A DNA stretch of 57,336 bases, filler included, from an uncultured Clostridia bacterium (GTDB taxonomy: Bacteria > Aerophobota > Aerophobia > Aerophobales > B3-G15): the NCBI GenBank assembly GCA_964482715.1. It is 8 parts of 8 records of this genome, joined end to end, with 100 filler letters (N's around TTAATTAATTAA, not from the genome) between each part and the next. Parts side by side here need not be neighbours in the genome. Positions count along the whole stretch, not along the records: positions 10,104 to 18,510 come from CAYZYX010000047.1; positions 18,611 to 26,974 come from CAYZYX010000048.1; 6 more parts are not named here. One strand, 5' to 3'. The notes under the pieces are model-generated. The model had not been told where the DNA came from and made no database searches. It was given only the letters and a program-made list of their open reading frames with translations. Position 1 is the first letter of the stretch. Each line of letters starts with the position of its first letter. A program made the translations under genes and the position numbers. Shown piece after piece: positions 10,104-18,675 of this stretch.

Positions 10104-10503
10104 GTTGTAGAGAAAATTAACGTTTAGTATATACGCAAAAATTGTCTATGATTAGCTTCTGGTAAGCATCTTCAAATTTAGCGTAGTAAACTCACGCTAG
10201 TGCATAGTAATATTAATAAGTGTTATTAAAATAAAAGCATATCTACTAAGAAAAAAAGCTGTAGAAGTGACATCAAAAAATTCTAAGTCTGGTTATTTTC
10301 GTCTCATTTAAGTTACGGAATTTATGTTACAAAGCACTAACCATTTTGGATCTCCTTTTTTTATTATTGTCTTTACTGTAGGGGTTTTTAAGCATGTAGT
10401 CGTATTTTTTGTCGTCAGCTGCAAGCCAGCTTTATTTTTGATTTAAACTATTTTTCAGTATAAAGCAACTTCACTATTTTTCAAGCAGATAAGTTCAATA
10501 GAT

Positions 10504-10848
10504 ATGAATAACCTATTTGCCAATGTTGATGCAGGACATCTTGCCATTACCCGAGAACCTCCAGTAGCTTTAGAGAAATTAAGAGGAAGGGTTTTGCACG
10601 TCCATATATCAGACAACAATGGAAAGATCCATGCTAACTACATTATCGGTAAAGGTGTTACCTGTATTCCAGGTTATATAAAAAAGCTTATCGAGATGGG
10701 AATAGATGAAACCTGTGCTCAACATGGAGAAGTTGCTGTGGCAAGTATGGAATTAGGAGAAATAGGGCAAGAAATTAAAGATCCAGATGAATATGTTAGG
10801 GAAAGTCTGGAGTACATGGAGAAGAATGTACCGGAACTTCCAAAATAG
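10504..10848 (+). pseudogene. C-terminal fragment of a sugar phosphate isomerase/epimerase (xylose isomerase-like TIM barrel)
   Basis: NVDAGH, HVHISDNNG..H...G.G and SMEL are second-half motifs only; upstream DNA is AT-rich and not coding in frame. Confidence 0.7.
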
Positions 10849-11147
10849 AAATTAGAACAATTGTCAGTAATATGAACTTTTTATCACTACAGTTTTTAAT
10901 AGTACACAATTAACTTCGTATATACGTATCCCACCAGTTAATCTTTCAATTAGTCACAGATAAATCAAAGCCTCTTGACTACTTCTTAAAAAGTTCACCT
11001 TTATCGCAAGAAGCTTTCTCCAGCTAACAAGGCATATCTATCATAGAAAAAAATCAATGTCAACTTGTGGGAGAAGCATGTAGCACAGTACTCTTTTTTC
11101 GATGCAAGAGTCTGGGGAAAATGATAAGTTAAACTATACAGCTCTTC

Positions 11148-11175
11148 TTGACAAATTTTCAAAATTTGGTAATTT
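11148..11175 (+). promoter_or_regulatory. promoter of the polyol operon with a palindrome in the spacer
   Basis: TTGACA-16 nt-TAATTT; spacer contains the palindrome AAATTTT-C-AAAATTT. Confidence 0.5.
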
Positions 11176-11213
11176 GACCAAAAGAAAAATAAAATAAGGA
11201 TTTTGTCATTTTT

Positions 11214-12164
11214 ATGGAAAAAGAAAGTATGGGGAGTGACCTTCTGGTTAGGATAGCCTGGCTTTACTATGAGGAGGGATTGACTCAGGATCAAATTGCT
11301 CAGAGGTTTTCTCTTTCAAGATCCAAAGTGGTGAGACTTTTAAAAAAAGCAAAAGAGGAAGGGATAGTTACCTTTCATATAAAAAATCCAGAAGGGAACT
11401 GTCTTGCCCTGGAAAAAAAGCTAGTTTCTCTTTTTAATTTGAAAGATGCCATGGTAGTTCCTCTGGTTAACCAGGAAAAAGTAAGAGATACATTGGGAAA
11501 GGCTGCAGCACAGTATCTGGAACGTCATCTTAAAGATGGGCAGCTCCTGGCTATAGGTTGGGGAAGAACGATCTACAAGATGGCTGGTTATGTAAGACCT
11601 GGTCAATTCAAAAACTTAAGAATAGTAAATCTGATGGGAGGTTTAACTACTTCTCTCTCGCTGAATCCCTACGATATAGGAGGAAGGCTTGCCTCAGTAT
11701 GGGGGGGCGAGTGTTACTATGTTTATGCTCCAGCTATTGCAGCCTCGGAAAAACTCTGTGCATCTTTTAAATCCGAACTTACGGTAAAAACGGCTCTTGA
11801 TATGGCAAGATTTGCCGACTTTTCCCTTGTCGGGATTGGCGAAACTGGTAGAGAAAATACTTTGACTCAGATGGGATATATTAGCCTACCAGAGACAGAG
11901 ATACTTTTAAAACGAGGAGCAGTTGGCAATATAATGGCCCAATTTTTTGATATTGAAGGTAAAAAGGTAGACTGTGAACTTCATCGCCGGATTGTAAGCC
12001 TGCCTATTGAGGAACTTAGAAAAATGGATAATGTTATAGGAGCTGCTGGTGGAGAGAATAAGGTTAAGTCCATTCTGGGAGCCCTACGAGGAGGATTTAT
12101 AAAGATACTGATTACCGATGAGAATACAGCAAATGCCATTATTAAAATGCAGGAGGAAAACTGA
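11214..12164 (+). CDS. SorC/DeoR-family sugar-binding transcriptional regulator
   Basis: AWLYYEEGLTQDQIA..SRSKVVRLL HTH; GWGRT, GAVG, LITDE. Confidence 0.93.
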   Translation: MEKESMGSDLLVRIAWLYYEEGLTQDQIAQRFSLSRSKVVRLLKKAKEEGIVTFHIKNPEGNCLALEKKLVSLFNLKDAMVVPLVNQEKVRDTLGKAAAQYLERHLKDGQLLAIGWGRTIYKMAGYVRPGQFKNLRIVNLMGGLTTSLSLNPYDIGGRLASVWGGECYYVYAPAIAASEKLCASFKSELTVKTALDMARFADFSLVGIGETGRENTLTQMGYISLPETEILLKRGAVGNIMAQFFDIEGKKVDCELHRRIVSLPIEELRKMDNVIGAAGGENKVKSILGALRGGFIKILITDENTANAIIKMQEEN

Positions 12165-12619
12165 TGAAGATAGCTATTGGCTGTGACCATAATGGACTTG
12201 AGTTAAAAAATATAATTTGTGAGTTTTTAAAAGAAAAAGGGGTTGAGTTTAAAGATTTTGGGACAATGACTAAAGATCCCATTGACTATCCTGATATAGC
12301 CAAAGTAGTGGCGGAGGCTGTTGTCAGGGGCGAATTTGACAGAGGAATTTTAATATGTGGCACAGGTCTGGGAATGGCTATAGCAGCTAATAAGGTAAGA
12401 GGTATACGGGCTGCTACTTGCCATGATGTTTATTCTGCCGAAAGAGCAAGAAAATCCAACAATGCCCAGATAATGACAATGGGAGCTCAAGTTATAGGGC
12501 CTGAACTTGCCAAGATGCTTGTTGATGCCTGGCTTCGTTCCGAGTTTCAGGGTGGGCGTTCCGCACCCAAGGTGAAAAAGATAATGCAAATTGAAGAGGA
12601 AAATTTTTCCAGGAGCTAA
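12164..12619 (+). CDS. rpiB: RpiB/LacA/LacB family sugar-phosphate isomerase (probably the D-erythrulose-4-phosphate isomerase, DerI-like, subgroup)
   Basis: IGCDH.G, DYPD, CGTGLG, ERARKSNNAQ, GGRSAPKV. Confidence 0.9.
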   Translation: MKIAIGCDHNGLELKNIICEFLKEKGVEFKDFGTMTKDPIDYPDIAKVVAEAVVRGEFDRGILICGTGLGMAIAANKVRGIRAATCHDVYSAERARKSNNAQIMTMGAQVIGPELAKMLVDAWLRSEFQGGRSAPKVKKIMQIEEENFSRS

Positions 12620-12622
12620 AAA

Positions 12623-13261
12623 ATGCAAGATAAGATCAGCTTTTCTCAGGTCTTAGGATCCCTTAAGGCTGTTTTAGGGAAGCTTGAAGAGAAAAGAAAA
12701 GAGCTTGATAGGTTGGACTCTCCTATTGGTGACGGAGACCATGGAAGGACAATCAGTAATGCTTTCCAGAAACTAACCCCTCTTTTTGAATCCTCGGAAG
12801 AGGATATTGGAGTACTTTTAAAGAAAGTTGGCAGAACCCTGGCTTTATCAGCAGGTGCTGCAGCAGGTCCTCTCTATGGCACAGCTTTTATGGAAGCAGG
12901 TAAAGTAGTGGAAGGAAAAAAAGAAATAGATCTTGGAGATATGGTGAAAATGGCACAGGCCTTTGAAGAAGGTATAAAAAGGAGAGGAAAAGCTGAGGTA
13001 GGTGAGAAAACCATGCTGGATACTGTTCATCCAGCAGTGGAAAGTTTAAAAAAATCTCTCTCTGAAAATCTCTCCCTGGAAGATGCCCTTAAAAACATGA
13101 AAGAAGAAGCTAAAAGAGGGATGGAATCTACAAAAGACCTCATTTCTCAAAGGGGGAGGTCCTCCAGGCTGGGAGAAAGGACCAGAGGACATATAGATCC
13201 AGGAGCCGCTTCTTGTTACTACATTATAGAAGCTATGGTTGATTTCTTATTAAGCAGTTAG
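12623..13261 (+). CDS. dhaL: dihydroxyacetone kinase family subunit DhaL
   Basis: LD..IGDGDHG, GPLYG, GEKTMLD, GRSSRLGER..GHIDPGA. Confidence 0.93.
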   Translation: MQDKISFSQVLGSLKAVLGKLEEKRKELDRLDSPIGDGDHGRTISNAFQKLTPLFESSEEDIGVLLKKVGRTLALSAGAAAGPLYGTAFMEAGKVVEGKKEIDLGDMVKMAQAFEEGIKRRGKAEVGEKTMLDTVHPAVESLKKSLSENLSLEDALKNMKEEAKRGMESTKDLISQRGRSSRLGERTRGHIDPGAASCYYIIEAMVDFLLSS

Positions 13262-13270
13262 GAGGAAAAA

Positions 13271-14269
13271 ATGAAAAAGTTTATTAACGATCCCAACAAG
13301 GTAGTGGATGAAATGCTGGAGGGGTTTTTAGCTGCCCATTCTGATGTGGTAGAAAAACTTCCTACCTCAAGGGTTGTGGTTAGAAAAGGTGCTCCTTTTA
13401 AAGGTAAAGTAGGGCTTGTTACCGGAGGAGGTTCCGGACATAAACCTGCGTTTATAGGATACGTAGGAGATGGGCTTGTTGACGCAGTTGCTGTGGGCGA
13501 TATCTTTTCTTCTCCTTCTGCCCAGCAGATATACGAGGCTATCAAGGCTGTTGATTCTGGAAAAGGGGTTCTTTGTATGCTGGGTAATTACTCAGGAGAT
13601 ATAATGAATTTTGATATGGCTGTGGAAATGGCAAGAGATGATGGGCTCAAGGTGGAACAGGTAATTGTAAATGATGATGTGGGTTCTGCTCCTAAAGATA
13701 AAATGGAAAATAGGAGAGGTGTTGTGGGTGAGGTAATTTTATGGAAAGTAGCGGGGGCTAAAGCAAAAGAAGGTGCCTCTCTTGAAGAACTTAAAGAGAC
13801 TGCTGAAAAAACGATATTTAATACCCGGAGCATGGGCGTTGCTCACACACCCTGTACTGTTCCAACTGCAGGAGAACCTACCTTTACCCTGGGTGAGAAT
13901 GAAATGGAAATTGGAGTGGGACACCATGGAGAACCAGGTGTAAAGCGCATGCCAATGAAATCAGCTGATGAGACAACGCAGATGCTCATGGAAAAGATTC
14001 TGGAAGATCTTCCTTTTAAATCAGGAGATGAGGTAATTGTCAACGTCAATGGACTTGGTGCAACTCCTCTACTTGAACTTTACATAGTATATAGAAAAGT
14101 ACACGAGATCCTGAAAGACTCAAACATCAAAGTTCACAGGGCTTATGTTGGAGAATACTTTACTTCACTGGAGATGGGAGGATTTTCAATTACCTTAACC
14201 AAACTTGATGAAGAGCTAAAAAGATTAATTGATGCTCCAGCAAGAGCTCCTCTTTTTGTTCAGATGTAA
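13271..14269 (+). CDS. dhaK: dihydroxyacetone kinase family subunit DhaK (possibly an erythrulose kinase)
   Basis: MKKFIN.P, GGGSGH.P, NYSGDIMNF, RRGV.G, G.GHHGEPG, TSLEMGG. Confidence 0.93.
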   Translation: MKKFINDPNKVVDEMLEGFLAAHSDVVEKLPTSRVVVRKGAPFKGKVGLVTGGGSGHKPAFIGYVGDGLVDAVAVGDIFSSPSAQQIYEAIKAVDSGKGVLCMLGNYSGDIMNFDMAVEMARDDGLKVEQVIVNDDVGSAPKDKMENRRGVVGEVILWKVAGAKAKEGASLEELKETAEKTIFNTRSMGVAHTPCTVPTAGEPTFTLGENEMEIGVGHHGEPGVKRMPMKSADETTQMLMEKILEDLPFKSGDEVIVNVNGLGATPLLELYIVYRKVHEILKDSNIKVHRAYVGEYFTSLEMGGFSITLTKLDEELKRLIDAPARAPLFVQM

Positions 14270-14289
14270 AAAAGAAAAAGAGGTGTTAA

Positions 14290-15339
14290 ATGAAAGCAGT
14301 AGTTATTCATGGTAAGGAAGATTTTCGTTACGAAGATATTGGTGACCCCAAACCAGGGGAGGAAGAAGTTGTGGTTAAAGTAGGGAAATGTGGGATATGT
14401 GCTGCTGATCCTAAGATTTTTCACGGAAGTGCCTATTTTGCCGAGGTGGCTTATAGTCACGCTCCCATTGTCGCTGGGCATGAGTTCATAGGAGAAGTTG
14501 TGGAACTTGGAAAAGGAGCAGCGGAAAAGTATAAACTCAATGTTGGAGATAAAGCCATAGCTGAACAGATAGTTCCTTGCTGGGAATGTTATTACTGCAA
14601 GCGGGGAATTTACAATATGTGTGATGTTCACGAGGTTTTTGGTGTATCCGGTCCTGATGGAGGGTGGGCAGAATACATGAAATACCCCAAGGGTTCAATT
14701 ATCTGGAAGGTTCCGACAGAACTCTCCTACGAGGTGGCTGTAGCTATAGAACCTTTAGCCTGTGCTATTCATGGAGTTGAAAGGGCAGATATAAAACTGG
14801 GAGATACGGTAGTGATAACCGGTGCTGGGGCCATAGGACTTTTCATGCTTCAGGTGGTTTTACTGAAGCATCCTCATCTTGTGATTGTTTCTGATCCTGA
14901 TGAGCACAGGCTTCAAATAGCTAAAGACTTAGGAGCTGAAGTAACCGTAAATCCTGAAAAAGAGGATTTAGTGTCCAGGGTAAAGGACTTAACTTCTGGA
15001 ATTGGTTCGGATGTAGTTCTTGAGGCAAGTGGACATCCTAAAGCTGTCCAGCAGGCCATAGACATGCTTCGAAGAAGAGGGAGGCTAATGGAATTTGGTG
15101 TTTTTGCTGAGAAGACCTGTATTGATTTTAGTATAATAAGTGACATCAAAGAACTTGAAATTGTCGGAGGACATCTTGGAGCTTACACTTATCCCCTGGC
15201 TATCAAGTATCTCGCTCAGGGTCTTGTGAAGACGGACAAGATTATAACTCATGATTTTTCTCTCAAAGACTGGAAAAAAGCAATTGAAACATCCGAAAAA
15301 CGTTTAGAGAATGCTATAAAGGTTACCATGACCCCGTAG
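14290..15339 (+). CDS. eltD: Zn-dependent polyol dehydrogenase, erythritol/L-threitol dehydrogenase-like
   Basis: CGIC, GHEF, EQIVPCWECYYC..G.Y.MC, EASGHP, IISDIKEL...GGHL. Confidence 0.75.
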   Translation: MKAVVIHGKEDFRYEDIGDPKPGEEEVVVKVGKCGICAADPKIFHGSAYFAEVAYSHAPIVAGHEFIGEVVELGKGAAEKYKLNVGDKAIAEQIVPCWECYYCKRGIYNMCDVHEVFGVSGPDGGWAEYMKYPKGSIIWKVPTELSYEVAVAIEPLACAIHGVERADIKLGDTVVITGAGAIGLFMLQVVLLKHPHLVIVSDPDEHRLQIAKDLGAEVTVNPEKEDLVSRVKDLTSGIGSDVVLEASGHPKAVQQAIDMLRRRGRLMEFGVFAEKTCIDFSIISDIKELEIVGGHLGAYTYPLAIKYLAQGLVKTDKIITHDFSLKDWKKAIETSEKRLENAIKVTMTP

Positions 15340-15341
15340 CC

Positions 15342-16886
15342 ATGCAGGAAAAATTCCTTTTAGGTATAGATGCAGGGACTTCGGTTGTGAAAAGCGTTGT
15401 CTACAATCTTGAGGGAAAGCAAATATCCCTGAGTCGGAGAAGGGTTGCTATTGAAACTCCTAAACCGGGATGGGCTGAACAGGATATGAATAAAGTTTGG
15501 GAGATGGTTAGACAAACCATAGTTGAGGTGGTAAACAAGGCGAAAATATCACCCTCTTCAATTGCTGCTATTGGAGTTGCCGGTCAGGGGGATGGTTGCA
15601 GACTTCTGGATGAGAAACTCAGGCCTGTCAGACCTTCTATTCTCTGGCTTGATGGCAGAGCGGGAGAAATTGTTACTCAATGGGAGAAAAAAGGCATTGA
15701 TAGGGAGGGCTTCAGAATAAGTGGTTCTACCATTTTTTCTGGAGCCCCTGCGGCTATAATAAAATGGTTAAGTTTGAATGACCCGGACAGTTTAAAAAAA
15801 GCTAAATGTTTTCTCTTTGCCAAGGATTGGATAAAATTTAAGTTAACCGGAAAAATATGTACAGACCCATCCGATGCCTCAAGAGCCCCTATTGACCTGA
15901 AAAAATTAACTTACTCTGAAGAGTTGTTTGAACTTTTTGAGATATCACCTTACTTATCTATTTTCCCTGAGATTACTTTCTCTGGAGAAATAATTGGTGA
16001 AACAACCAGGAACATAGCCAGTGAGTGTAATTTAAAAGCAGGAATCCCTGTGATTTCAGGCATGATAGATGTGGTGGCAACTCCTGTTGGACTTGGGATT
16101 CTGGAGAAAGGTGAGGCTTACACAATTGTAGGAACTACCTGTTTTAGTGCTGTACTTTCTTCCAGACCTCTTTTTGAGCCTCCTGGAGTAGGAATGAATT
16201 TAGCTTATGCTTTTCCCGACAGGTACGTCCGGGCTATGCCCAGCATGGCCGGGACCCCCAATCTCGACTGGTTTGTGGATAACTTCTTTTTAAATGAAAA
16301 GAAAAGATTTAAAGAAGAAAAATTTTATGAATTTTTGGAGGAGAACGTAAAAAAGATATCCCCTGGCTCAGAAGGGATTCTTTATCATCCTTACATAAAT
16401 CCGGGTGGGGAAAGAGCCCCTTTTGTTAAACCTTCAGCTAAAGCTCAATTTTTCGGAATAAGCCTTCGTCATACAAAGTGGCATCTTTTAAGAGCGGTTT
16501 ACGAGGGAGTTGCTCTTTCTGTACTTGATTGTTTCAGTCATATTCCTGTAGAGGTTGCCGAAGTAAGAATATCAGGTGGAGGAGCAACAAGTTCCCTGTG
16601 GTGCCAGATCCTTTCTGATGTTATTGGGAAACCTATACATGTTTCCTCTGCTCAGGAGCTTGGAACATTGGGAGCAGCAATAGCAGCAGGTGCTGCTGTG
16701 GGACTTTATCCTGACATAAAAGAGGCGGCAAAAGAGCTTGTTAAGTTTTCCCATTTTTATAAGCCAAATATGGAAAATCACTCTAAGTACCTGGAAATTT
16801 ATAGGCTATATAGAAGTATCTATAATCATCTCTGGAATGATTGGGATGAAAGAAGATCACTTCTTAGAAAGCTACAGGAGGTATAA
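15342..16886 (+). CDS. FGGY-family carbohydrate kinase (erythritol kinase EryA / L-xylulokinase-like)
   Basis: GIDAGTSVVK, GQGDG, LWLDGR, KDW...LTG...TDPSDAS, GERAPF, RAVYEG. Confidence 0.88.
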   Translation: MQEKFLLGIDAGTSVVKSVVYNLEGKQISLSRRRVAIETPKPGWAEQDMNKVWEMVRQTIVEVVNKAKISPSSIAAIGVAGQGDGCRLLDEKLRPVRPSILWLDGRAGEIVTQWEKKGIDREGFRISGSTIFSGAPAAIIKWLSLNDPDSLKKAKCFLFAKDWIKFKLTGKICTDPSDASRAPIDLKKLTYSEELFELFEISPYLSIFPEITFSGEIIGETTRNIASECNLKAGIPVISGMIDVVATPVGLGILEKGEAYTIVGTTCFSAVLSSRPLFEPPGVGMNLAYAFPDRYVRAMPSMAGTPNLDWFVDNFFLNEKKRFKEEKFYEFLEENVKKISPGSEGILYHPYINPGGERAPFVKPSAKAQFFGISLRHTKWHLLRAVYEGVALSVLDCFSHIPVEVAEVRISGGGATSSLWCQILSDVIGKPIHVSSAQELGTLGAAIAAGAAVGLYPDIKEAAKELVKFSHFYKPNMENHSKYLEIYRLYRSIYNHLWNDWDERRSLLRKLQEV

Positions 16887-16887
16887 G

Positions 16888-17271
16888 ATGGGAGTTATTC
16901 ATAGATTTACCGGATCCGAAGAGAAGTTTGAGTGGGAAGAAGTTTCTATGGAAAGATATGAGGCTTCTGAGGCAAAAGGAGTTACAAAAAGAGTTTTGAT
17001 CGGTGAAAAAGATGGGGCTCCTTATTTTGTTATCCGTTATTTTGAGGTTGAACCCGGAGGCTGGACCATGCTTGATCAGCATTCCCACGATCATGGTGTG
17101 GTGATACTCAAAGGTGAAGGTAAGGTTCTTCTTGGAGATAAAGAACACGGTGTCAGATTTGGCGATGCAATATATATAAGCTCTAATGAGCGGCATCAGC
17201 TTAAAAATACAGGATCTTCTCCATTTGGTTTTATCTGTGTGATTCCAAATAAGAAAATAGTTAAAGGTTAA
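16888..17271 (+). CDS. cupin domain protein
   Basis: ATG at 16888 after AGGAGG; RYFEVEPGG...H.HDH, G.G, HQL.N, FICV. Confidence 0.88.
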   Translation: MGVIHRFTGSEEKFEWEEVSMERYEASEAKGVTKRVLIGEKDGAPYFVIRYFEVEPGGWTMLDQHSHDHGVVILKGEGKVLLGDKEHGVRFGDAIYISSNERHQLKNTGSSPFGFICVIPNKKIVKG

Positions 17272-17284
17272 AAGGACCAAAAAG

Positions 17285-18310
17285 ATGAAGGCTGCTCTTT
17301 ACTATTGTAACGATGACGTAAGAGTTGTGGATGTGCCGGTGCCCGAAATTGGTCCCGGAGAGGTTCTGGTGGAGATGAAGGCGTGTGGTATATGTGGAAG
17401 TGATGTTCTGGAGTGGTACCGAAAACCGAAAGCACCTATGTACTTTGGTCATGAGCTTACCGGGGTTATAAAGCAGGTAGGAAAAGGTGTAAATAATTTT
17501 CAGGTGGGAGATCGCGTTTTCGTGCATCATCATGTTCCCTGTTTTGTCTGCCATTACTGCCAGCGAGGAAGCTACACCATGTGTCCAACCTATCATGCAA
17601 CTCATCTTGACCCTGGAGGTTTTGCTGAATTTGTACGGGTTCCGGCTATTAACGTGGAAAGAGGGATGTTAAAATTGCCCCCTGAAATATCTTTTGAGGA
17701 GGGAACACTTATTGAACCTGTTTCCTGTTGTTTGAGAGGACTTAAAAAATCAGAAATGCGGGAAGGAGATACAGTTCTTGTTATAGGAGCTGGAGCAAGT
17801 GGTTTAATTCACGTTCAGCTGGCAAAACTTCTGGGTGCAGGGGTGGTAATAGTTTCTGATTTAATTGATAATAAGCTTACCATTACCCGGGAGTTTGGGG
17901 CAGATTATACTGTAAATCCTCAAAAAGAAGACCTCGAAAAAAAATTACGTCAGATAAATGAGGGAAGACTGGCTGATCTGGTAGTGATAACTCCGGCAAA
18001 TACTGCTGCCATAAAACAAGGCATTTATCTTGCCGACAAAGGGGCTACCGTTTATATATTTGGTCCAACGTCCCCTGAGGAGGCTTTTTCTTTAGTTCCC
18101 CATCATTTATTTTTTTCTGAAATAAAATTAATGGCAAGCTATTCTTCATATATTGCTGAAACTAAAGTTGCTCTTGATTACATTAAGAGAAAAAAGATAA
18201 ATTCGGCTAAACTTATCACCCATAGATTCAGTCTTGATGAGATTGGCAAAGCTATGAAGCTCGTGGCAAAAGCTCAAGAATCACTCAAGGTAGTGATTGT
18301 TAGAGATTAA
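17285..18310 (+). CDS. Zn-dependent alcohol/polyol dehydrogenase (L-iditol 2-dehydrogenase-like)
   Basis: CGICGSD, GHE, HHVPC..C..C.....MC, GAGASG. Confidence 0.9.
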   Translation: MKAALYYCNDDVRVVDVPVPEIGPGEVLVEMKACGICGSDVLEWYRKPKAPMYFGHELTGVIKQVGKGVNNFQVGDRVFVHHHVPCFVCHYCQRGSYTMCPTYHATHLDPGGFAEFVRVPAINVERGMLKLPPEISFEEGTLIEPVSCCLRGLKKSEMREGDTVLVIGAGASGLIHVQLAKLLGAGVVIVSDLIDNKLTITREFGADYTVNPQKEDLEKKLRQINEGRLADLVVITPANTAAIKQGIYLADKGATVYIFGPTSPEEAFSLVPHHLFFSEIKLMASYSSYIAETKVALDYIKRKKINSAKLITHRFSLDEIGKAMKLVAKAQESLKVVIVRD

Positions 18311-18347
18311 ACTTTTAAAAATCAGAGAATAAAAAGGAGGCTAATTA

Positions 18348-18510
18348 ATGGTTAGAGAGATTGTTGTATTGCCCGATTTTACCCCGAGATTTACCCGAGT
18401 TAAAGACAAAATACCCACATTTCAATACCAGAAATCTCTGAGAGAAGAACTTGAAGAAGGAAACATCACCCAAAAAGAGTGTATAGACCTTTTAAGGTGT
18501 ATGCTTTTTA
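18348..18510 (+). CDS. N-terminus of a contig-truncated protein, possibly a fused TPP-dependent dehydrogenase E1 alpha/beta
   Basis: AAGGAGG RBS; IP.FQY..SL.EE....IT......LL..M resembles E1 fusion N-termini. Confidence 0.45.
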
Positions 18511-18610
18511 NNNNNNNNNNNNNNNNNNNNNNNNNNNNNNNNNNNNNNNNNNNNTTAATTAATTAANNNNNNNNNNNNNNNNNNNNNNNNNNNNNNNNNN
18601 NNNNNNNNNN
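18511..18610. other. artificial contig linker
   Basis: N44-TTAATTAATTAA-N44. Confidence 0.98.
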
Positions 18611-18675
18611 CCAAGATAGAAAAACTTGTGGGAGATGAGGGGTGCTGGCTGGGTGAAAGATAAACATGCTTATTT

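Noticed and set aside
16738-16887. Extended N-terminus of the cupin ORF (likewise the extended starts at 22408, 30389, 34398, 41861, 49247, 56580)
   Set aside because: They overlap upstream genes or lack an RBS; downstream starts fit better.
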